Shown: piece by piece, positions 54,441 to 63,847 of the stretch | Layout of the letters: each line of letters starts with the position of its first letter | Position numbering within the stretch: the stretch's first letter is position 1 | Source of the DNA: Paraspadella gotoi | Lineage: Eukaryota; Animalia; Chaetognatha | Reading direction: 5' to 3' | Assembly: GCA_051294375.1 (NCBI GenBank) | Contig: CM119271.1 | Location: forward strand, 10,791,376 to 10,855,222 | Length of the DNA stretch: 63,847 bases | Made by a program: the position numbers and the translations under genes | Notes under the pieces: model-generated | The model's input: only the letters and a program-made list of their open reading frames with translations | What the model was told of the DNA's origin: nothing | The model's database searches: none

Positions 54441-54956
54441 GACGTCCGATCACGCCATCTGTGTTTGATGAACGAATTAATATTGAATATATATTTATGT
54501 TGAAAAAGATTTAACGAAGGGATTTAAGATTGAAGATTTAAGATATCATCAACGGGAATGGACCTATTAACGGACTTGGTTGGACTAGTGATGTGATTGC
54601 TCGTCTCCTTCACGAATCATCAGAATGCCGACGAATCACAGACCTCACTACAACCTTAGAATGACCAATGACCGACAGAGGAACCGACGGAGGGATTGAT
54701 GGTCAAAATTGCGAAGGGAACTCTCGGCATTCTTCCCGACATCCAAACTCAAGAAAGAACTCTTCTTCATTAAATTGTTTATATTTTGTCATCATGTCGT
54801 CTTTACCTATGTCATCACCCTAATCATTGTCCGTCGTTAATAAAACTATTGTCGACCAAATACTTTGCCACTTATTATTTACCCTAGTTATTTGACAAAC
54901 AAACAAATTTTGTTTGACATTATTCTTTCATTTCGTTGTGTTTGAGATTTAACGAT

Positions 54957-55061
54957 AATTGGTTTTTGATGCAACAACGATTTTATTAATATAAACAGAC
55001 ATGAAGAGTCGAAACATGTCTGTTTATTTAAATAAAATCGTTGTTGCATCAAAAACCAATT
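54957..55061. repeat. 105 bp hairpin with a hammerhead 3' half (GAAACATGTC), probable Penelope-like terminal repeat remnant
   Basis: 47-bp arms aattggtttttgatgcaacaacgattttatt...agacatg / catgtct...aataaaatcgttgttgcatcaaaaaccaatt; CUGAUGA absent. Confidence 0.6.
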
Positions 55062-55303
55062 TTGATTTAAGAGTTAACAAATTAATATTAACTATATTAA
55101 TGTTAAAAAAGATTTAACGAAGATTTAGGAAATAAATATTAAATATATTAATGTTGAAAAAGATTTAATGAAGAGATTAAAGATAAACTCAAAGGTTTAA
55201 GATTTAACAAATTAAATATATTAATATTGATTGAAAGAAAAAGTGGAATTGGGAAACATTTAAAAAAATATATTGTTGTATGAAATTGGTACAACCAATA
55301 TAA

Positions 55304-55539
55304 AAACAAGTTTGAGCAAACAATGTCGGATCTGCCTACGATAATTAATTAATTAATTAATTAATTAATCGATTAATTAATTAATTAATTAATTAATTTT
55401 AATATGTAATAATTAATTTTAAATTTATATTCAACTTATCATCATCGATGTCCTTAAAATTGGGTTAGGACAGTTATTAAATATGTTTTGTTTACATTTT
55501 ATCAAAACAAACAAATATCCTCTATTTTATTTTATGTCT

Positions 55540-55609
<70 letters not shown>

Positions 55610-56110
55610 CTGCAATTGCGACGATCTTTATGCTTTTCAGATTTTTTTTAACTTGCATCATTTTTTCACATTAATTAATTAAAACATTTATTAGTAATCA
55701 TTAATATTAAAGATTCAAGTAAATGTGACTTATGTTTTTTTCCATCTAAACTCATTTCCCCTGGCACAATTTCGTCAATACTTTATATATTATTATATAT
55801 TAATAAATATTTAAAAGCTTCAGTGCAACAACCCAATGAACTAATTCAAAAAGTTATATTGAAAATCGATTTAGTAGTAAAAGAAAAAAAAAATTTAAAG
55901 AGAACTAGAAGTTATAAAAAGTGTTCAATTTTGGCCCGCCTTACTAGATATTAGGCCTTACTAGATATATTGCATGTGATTAAACAATGTTATCAGAATA
56001 ATAATTTATCAATTTTATGTATTTTGTAAGTATTTTAAGTATTTTTATTCAGTGAGTAAAATAACAACTTTTTTATTCGCTAATTTTTATATCGGACTCT
56101 CTCTCTTCTA

Positions 56111-56150
<40 letters not shown>

Positions 56151-56179
56151 AAATTGCGACGATCCTTATGCTCATTTTA

Positions 56180-56257
<78 letters not shown>

Positions 56258-58151
56258 AATTGCGACGATCCTTATGCTTTTAGGATTTTTTAAACTTGTA
56301 TCATTTTTCTGCTTCAAGTAAATGTGACTTATTTTTTTTTTCATTTAAACTCATTTCCACTGGCACAATTCCGTCAAAACTTTATATCTAGCTTTTTCAC
56401 ACACTTTCCTACCCGCTCACAAAATTTCATCTCAATCTATTATGGGTTAAAATAAGTAAAAAGATTCAAGTAAATGTGACTCATATTTTTTTCATTTAAA
56501 CTCATTTCCACTCGTACGTTTCCACCGAAACTTTATATCAAGCATCGATACACATTTTTCTACCCACACCAAAAAATTTGAACTCAATCTATCCATCCAA
56601 TTATGATTAATTAGAGTACTTATTGGTTTAAAATAAGTAAAAAGATTTTAGTAAATGCGACTTATGTTTTTTTCCACTTAAACTCATTTCCACTCACACG
56701 ATTCTCGTGAAACTTTTATATCCAGCTTTATCACACACTTTCCTACCCACACACAAAATTTCATTTCAATCCAACCAGCCAATCACGAGTTATTGGAGCT
56801 TTTTGCTAAGGTGGGACGGATGGACGGATTGATTGACTGATTAATTAATTATTGATTAATTAATTGACTAATTGATTAATTAACTGATTAATTATTTGAA
56901 CTTATTAATACATCCTGCATATACATTTAATATAAAAAGGAAAAAGAAGCATAATCAATTAGTGAAACAGGTTTTTTGTTTTTTCCATTTAAACTCATTT
57001 CCACTCAAAAGATTCCATCGAAACTTGGTTTCCTGTTCAATCACACACTTTTCTACTCACATACAAAATTCCAGGTCAATCATAATTAAGTGGTAATAAG
57101 CTATCTTGGTCAACTTGCATAATTTAATCAACTTGCATAATTTGGTCAACTGACATAATTTGGTTAACTGACATAATTTGGTCTACTGACATAATTTGGT
57201 CAACTGACATAATTTGGTCAACTGACATAATTTGATCAATTAAGATAATTTGGTCAACCGGCATAATTTGGTTAACTGGCATAATTTTATCAACTAGCCT
57301 AATTTGGTCAACAGGCATAATTTGGTCAACTTGCAAAACTTGATTAACTTGCAGAATTTGGTCAACTGGCATAATTTGGTCAATTAGCATAATTTGGTCA
57401 ATCAATCAATCAATCAATCAGAGAGAGAGAGAGAGAAACTTTAAAAAATTCAAATAAATGTGTCTTTTGGTTTTCTAATTTGAACTCTTTTCCACTCCTA
57501 CGATTCCATCAAAAAATTTTTATCCAGCTTTATCAACATACTTTCCTACCCACACACAAAATTCAATTTAGATTTATCTATCCAATTTTTAATAAACAAA
57601 ATAATTATGAGTAAATTTAAGTAAAAATACTTCAAGTAAATATGACTTTTGTTTTTTCCATTTTAACTCATTTCCACTCGCACGATTCCATCGAAACTTT
57701 ATATCCGGCTCAATCACACCACTTTCCTACCATCATACAAAATTTAAAGTCAATTGCACTATCCACTCATGAGCAATTGGCGTTCAAATAGTGAAATATA
57801 TTTTTTTTGTTTTTTTCCATTTAAACCAATTTCCACTCGCACGATTCCCTCGAAACTTCATATCCATCTCAATCACACAGTTTCCTACCCACACACAAAA
57901 TTTCATACCAATCCATCCATCCAATCACGGGTAATTGGAGTTTTTTGCTAAGGTGGCGGACGGACGGACGGACGGACGGACGGACGGGGACGGACGGACG
58001 GACGGACGGACATCATTTTTTTTGCATAATTTATCATAATTCGATGTTCTGACATGATATAAGTGTGTGCCCGACAATATTGAGGGGGCGGACCGACGGA
58101 CCGAAAAAGTGAGTTATAGAGTCGGATCTGCTGATAAGCAGATCCGACTAA
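55304..58151 (-). mobile_element. ~2.85 kb DINE-1-like Helentron-associated element (HINE), possibly composite
   Basis: Minus strand: T-run, subTIR agtcggatctgc plus adjacent IR, (GTCC)n, internally repeated blocks and an 18-bp array, 3' subTIR gcagatccgac, small stem-loop gtttg-ct-caaac, T-run. Confidence 0.75.
57105..57400. repeat. 18 bp minisatellite (ttggtcaactgacataat)n
   Basis: About 16 units; related to the aacttgcataat array at 7750-8540. Confidence 0.9.
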
Positions 58152-59498
58152 AAAAATTACCCATTCATAATTTAATATAATAAACGAGCTATCTTGCCCC
58201 TTTATTTTAAATCACAAACCTGCGAAAAAAGGTTGTAAAATTCCAAAATTATGGGACAGTCTGTAGCGAATCGTGCGATGAGACAAAGAAAGTGAATTTC
58301 GATACTTAGAAAAAACTCCCGCCAAAACCGGATCCCGCATGTATTGCTACAATTCCGAGAAATTAGAGCATTTCTGGTAAATGTTGAGCGACCAAACTGG
58401 TTTGATCGTTTCCCGCTTCCAGCGTCGTGTTTGGTCATTTCGGTGTCTCGGACGATGATGGGCGCGATGTCAGGGCGTTGGCTTGAATCGGATTGGCTCG
58501 GATTGAAAAAAAAAAAAAAAGACCAAAGACAACTTTTCATTTTAAATTAAGATTTAATTAAACTCAATTAAACTCAATTTACATTTCTTTGTCTCTTTAC
58601 AACCAACTTACAATTGCATTAACCTTTGTTTCGCCAGAATATTTAAATTGTTCTCCTAATTCTTTCTCTCTTTCAGAAAAATAAAAAACAAGGAACGGTT
58701 ATTCCAAGGTGTTGCGCCGCATTACTTTTCTTTTTACTTATAATGTCATTTGTTCCTTAAGGTTTATAAGATTTCTTTAAAAACAAAAGGCGGCACCAGT
58801 AGTCGCTTAGATATGATTTTTAACAAATGAGCAACAAACTATAGGCAAGTTATAAGCTTTTAATATAAGTGGACAGACCGACGGACAGACATACCGATGG
58901 ACCGACCGACCGACCGAAAAGTGACTTATAGAGTTGCTCCGCGATTACTCGCGGCGCAACTAAAAAAATTTAAACCGGAATAATAAAACAATTCAAGATT
59001 CGTATTTCGTAAAAATCCCGTTTGCGGTTTTGGTCTTTTGCGTGCGAAATGAAATCAATTAATCGGCTTGAAATGAAAATATAACTAGATATGTATATCT
59101 CAATTAAATTTTCCGATGACGATATATTCATAAATTTCTCTTATCTAGCGACGACGCTCGCTTCAGTTCTCGATTTTTAACCTCTAACGAATTAACGCCG
59201 TATTTCTGTTCTTTTATTTAAATTTAATATTATATGTTACACACTAATCATTAACCCTAATCGGTAATCACTAACTCAGAATCCCTAACCCCACACTAAG
59301 CCCAACTCTTACCCTAAACCTCATTATAAAAAAAGTGCCTTATTATCATTCAAATGAATATCGGGGCGCTTGTGGTAAAATATGGCCGAATTTGAACCGA
59401 GAATCTCGGGATTTGGAAAAGTCGGGAAAAGGAAAGGCGGATGAGGGGGGCGCGGATGGGGGAGGTCGGTGGACCGGTGGGGTACATCATTATATCAC

Positions 59499-60094
59499 TA
59501 AGCGTAGTGGAAAGTTACATACGAAAATCTAAAAGTCATTATGACAACATACCATCAGTGAACATTAATTTGTAAAAAAAATTAATTTTATGTTTTTTTA
59601 ATTTTCACAGTAGGCTATATTTATATATAGTACTATCCTTATAAAATCGAAAAATTTCAAAATAGCTTTCTTAATTGATTGGAGATTTGAATTCCATCTG
59701 TCAAGAAGTTGATAAAAGAAAATATAAATCATTTTTAAAAATTCTTTCATTAAGTGGGTTAAAAATTAAAAACCTATATTTAATACCATAAAAAGGTAAT
59801 TTTCAGCTTAAAATATAGCTTTTTTCTAATTTTTGACCCACTAATGAAGGATTTTCAAAAAGAGTTATATTTTTTTTTATCACTTTTTATGACGAATCCA
59901 AATCTGCAAAAAATTTTAGAAAAAACTGTTTGAAATTTACATTTACTTGTTTAGTACTAGTATAAATATGGCTTACTGCATAAGTTGTAAAATTATTAAA
60001 ATTTTTTTATTACATAAATGTTTATTAGTATAATGTTGTCGTTCCTCACTTTTAGAATTTTAATTAAAGTTAATTAGAAATTTACTACGCCTTA
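59499..60094. mobile_element. Diverged AT-rich foldback element related to 39732-40714
   Basis: Imperfect inverted arms (taagcgtagt...actacgcctta; ataaaagaaaatataaatc vs gttatattttttttat); core resembles 40200-40340. Confidence 0.5.
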
Positions 60095-60272
60095 TATGCA
60101 CCCTATTTTGGCGTTACAATGAATAATATTATATAATACAAAATACGAATCGATTAGAACGAGAAGAAGGAGACAGCGGTCGAATTATCCTTCCGAGTTT
60201 AAACGATAAATTCTGCCGGTGGATGACAGGACAATAGAAGGAAAAGATAAGAGCGAGAGAAGAGAGAGAGAG

Positions 60273-60323
<51 letters not shown>

Positions 60324-60626
60324 GAGAGAGAGAGCGAAGAGAGAGAAAACAAAATATTCGACCCTCTCAAACCCAAAGGTCCTTCTTGCCCGGTGGCCGC
60401 CTCGGCAGTTGAGAAGGACGGGTCGCTTAACCCGCCTGTAGACCTGTAGCCTGATCCGAAGCTCAGAGACTGAGAATTTATAAACCGTTAATTCATTAAT
60501 TCATAACAATGATTAACTGAAAACTTTTTTTTTCGATTTCAAAGTTAAATTTTAGAGCGACATTGACGCCTCGAAACCACACCTCTCTCCTCTCTCTCTT
60601 CTCTCTCTCTCTCTCTCTCTTCTCTC

Positions 60627-60681
<55 letters not shown>

Positions 60682-62073
60682 GCTCTCTCTCTGCCAGTCA
60701 ATAATATTCGTTGGAACAAACAATAACTCAGCAACAAACAGTAAGTCACTCGATCATCAATCAATCAATCAATCAGTTACGTAGCTTAAAAGCGTTTTTA
60801 GATTATCAAGATGAGAAATTGGTACAACAATATTATTAATACTATTATAACGAATGATTTAATAGCTGTGATCTNNNNNNNNNNNNNNNNNNNNNNNNNN
60901 NNNNNNNNNNNNNNNNNNNNNNNNNNNNNNNNNNNNNNNNNNNNNNNNNNNNNNNNNNNNNNNNNNNNNNNNNNNNNNNNNNNNNNNNNNNNNNNNNNNN
61001 NNNNNNNNNNNNNNNNNNNNNNNNNNNNNNNNNNNNNNNNNNNNNNNNNNNNNNNNTTCCGCACTCGATAACACGTCTCAACCTAATCGCGTAACTGACA
61101 TCTGAACTAAACAATAGGTTCACCCGGTTATGTGAATTATAACTCGCATGGTCCAAAAAATGAATTCACGATTCCAAAGAAAAATCAAAATTGCGGTTCC
61201 AGTGGACGCGGAAACAAATGAACTTCGCGTTTTTCAATTTCAAAAAAATTGTATGTTAAGTATTATTTATAGGAACTGATACTGATAGGATACTGAACTG
61301 AACTGAACTGATAGGAAAGCCAGGTACTCTCGGAGTGAATAAACAAGATCGGATTGAAAGCTTGCAGGGACCTGCCATGTCATTATCCTGTTAAAGTTCT
61401 GGAGGCCTTAAACTACCATAGCTCGTACAAAAACATGGTCAAAATAGCTTGTTTATTGAATAAATGGAATATCTTATATTGGTCGTACCAATTTCATAAC
61501 ATTTTGGATCCAATAGTGAACCGCTGGGGTCCCTTATCTCCCGCGCTTAACGCAAACTTTAATCTGTCTGCGAAAGGTTTTAATCTCGAAAGTCACTCCT
61601 TAAAATTTCGACGACATTCGAAGTTCGGTTCCAACCCAGGTAAGCGATTTTCAAAATCGTTTTAATTTGAATATTTAAATAGTTTGTATGTCATAATTTG
61701 AGAGTAGCAAACAAAAATTATTAGACTCAAGTCTTTATTTTTTTTTTTAAATTCTGTGTGGAAGTTGAAAAATTACTTGTTCAACTATACTAGTTTCTAT
61801 ATAATAATTACGAAATTCAAGATTTATTCATTTGAGAAAATTGTATTCATACTGAGAATGTCATTTTCCCAAAATGTGATGAGTTTTGTAATTCAATTTC
61901 GATTAAATTTCAATTCCTTTAAACGTTAGTGTCTTTTGTTTTTGTTGAATTTGAATAGTTTAGTTTTTACTTGTTTACCGTTTTCTAGTCTTTTACACTG
62001 ATACTGTTTCTGATTTTGTCAATACTGTTTTTGGTATTAATAACAAAAAAATTCACCAAATTCCAAATTTCAG

Positions 62074-62546
62074 TCGACTCCTTCACATTTCGTCTTCGGT
62101 GAAAAAAAAAGAGACACGAATTCACAATGCGCGGACCTAACGGAAACTACACCATCACCAACATTCATTTCGGAAATCACCTCAAGGTGACGCCACTTGT
62201 CTCTACCCGCGAAGTGCGACGAAAAAATCAAACAAAAGGNNNNNNNNNNAACAAAACCACATCTAACGGTTTTAATATCTTACCCACTTTAGGCGGCGGG
62301 CCGCGAGGACGACGATGGCGACAGGCAAACCTACGGGAACAATCCCGGAAACGCCGTTGAGGAGAGGTGCTTGTGATTGGTGACTTGTGATTGGTTACTT
62401 GTGATTGGTGACTTCATTCCTATCCGTGATGTCCGTCTGTCTGTGTGTATGATCATGGTAAAATCTTTGAACTTGGAGAACAATTTATGAAGACCCTTTT
62501 CATTTTTCGAACCTCATCTTCGCCTCCCTCTGTCTGTTTGTCTGCC

Positions 62547-62602
<56 letters not shown>

Positions 62603-62889
62603 TAGATGCGTCTGGAGGATTCATCCCGGTCCCAACGGAAGATTTCAAGTCTCCAACAACGGCTACGGGGGAATGCTGATGCTCAGCGAAGCCTTAGGTT
62701 TAAAAAAAAATTAAACAATTAAAATGATATCTTAATAATCAATCAATATCTCAATCAAATAATTAACCATTAACCAATTAGTATAAATTTATATAAAATA
62801 TATAAATAAATAAATTAATTAAAAAATTAAATATATGAATAATAAATTAAATAAATTAACGAATAAAAAGGTTAAATATAAACAAATTC

Positions 62890-62930
<41 letters not shown>

Positions 62931-63847
62931 CCAATCAATCAATCAATCACCCCTTCCTCTTAACCCTCTCAAAGACGACGATGGCGACCGTTGCCTCTAC
63001 AGCAGCGAGCGAGACTGCGGCAACCGATTCGAGTGGGAGATCTCTCCAGTCGCTGGTGAAGACGGAGTTTTCACTTTCAGAAATCCCCATAGCAACAACT
63101 ATCTCAAGGTCGGGACTCTTTGGTTTGACCCGAACTCTTTTGTCCTGACCCATTTTTTTTTGATGACCTATTTATGCTGTTGAAGCCAAGTATATACTTT
63201 GATAGTTTTAATATATGTACGTAGACTGCGAGAGAATCTTTATTCCAAAAAGCTCGATGACTTCCTCGTATTAAATTTTATGGCCAATATAAAGATTATT
63301 TATTCAAGTAATAAATAGGCTATCTTGTAAAGATATAAATATATAATGATATAAAGATATAAAGATTATTCATTCAAGTAATAAATAGCCTATCTTGCCC
63401 CTCGACTTTGGACAGGCTATGCCGGCGAGGCAAGCTTTTAATTAAGATTAAGGCAAGCTTTTAATTAAGATTAAGGCAAGCTTTTAATTAAGATTAAGGC
63501 AAGCTTTTAATTAAGATTAAGGCAAGCTTTTAATTAAGATTCTCTCACAGTCTTGTTTACTTTCAGAGTACCTGGCTTTCGAATTAATGAAGTGGTATAA
63601 TCATATTAATATTAATATTTTCGTGAATTGATTCAATCTTACGAAATTTTTATCATCCTTGTGTCATCATTGTGTCTTTGACAATGCGATTGTCGATCTC
63701 ACAACGTGATAATAGTAATGAATAATAATAATAATAATTAATTAATAAACAAAAATAATCTTTCTCAACTCCTCTTTCAGTTGTCATGGAACGAAGACGA
63801 AGACGCGGACCGGACCGTCCACGGCAACGGTTCCGACAAAGGGATCG
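62074..63847 (+). CDS. Partial beta-trefoil (ricin-B-like) repeat protein; exons 62074-62186, 62293-62366, 62606-62697, 62975-63108, 63781-end
   Basis: In-phase splicing gives ...GPNGNYTITNIHFGNHLK|AAGREDDDGDRQTYG...R|CVWRIHPGPNGRFQVSNNGYGGMLMLSEAL|DDDGDRCLYS...FEWEISPVAGEDGVFTFRNPHSNNYLK|LSWNEDEDADRTVHG; ~47 aa periodicity. The first exon needs a poly-A indel correction. Confidence 0.7.
63429..63541. repeat. 23 bp tandem repeat (ggcaagcttttaattaagattaa) x5
   Basis: Perfect units inside the 63380-63602 repeat, absent from the 34225-34360 copy. Confidence 0.9.

Noticed and set aside
59250-59325. Telomere-like ccctaa motifs (also ~38715-38745)
   Set aside because: Few, degenerate and not tandem.
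61200-61665. Possible upstream exons of the beta-trefoil gene
   Set aside because: Splice-like signals exist but I could not build a stop-free, in-phase model.

Overview
AT-rich, microsatellite-rich eukaryotic (probably invertebrate animal) scaffold with N-gaps and spliced genes; no prokaryotic features. Bases 1332-16557 are one ~15 kb foldback palindrome between two 25-N gaps, most likely a long-read or amplification chimera. Genes that can be spliced by eye: a DCXR-like short-chain dehydrogenase (-), a BTB-BACK-Kelch gene (+) with a sorcin-like penta-EF-hand gene nested antisense in one intron, a secreted Cys-rich repeat protein (-), a ~3027-aa two-repeat sacsin-like protein with a degenerate J-domain and HEPN (-), and a partial beta-trefoil repeat gene resembling insect 30K proteins (+). 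The most interesting signals are non-coding: a young 733-bp TRIM whose LTRs carry a tRNA-like Pol III promoter, a back-to-back inverted pair of Penelope-type minimal hammerhead ribozymes in an intron shared by genes on both strands, DINE-1-like Helentron elements, and unrelated minisatellites that repeatedly start at 5' splice donors. All calls come from reading the sequence; no database search was run.
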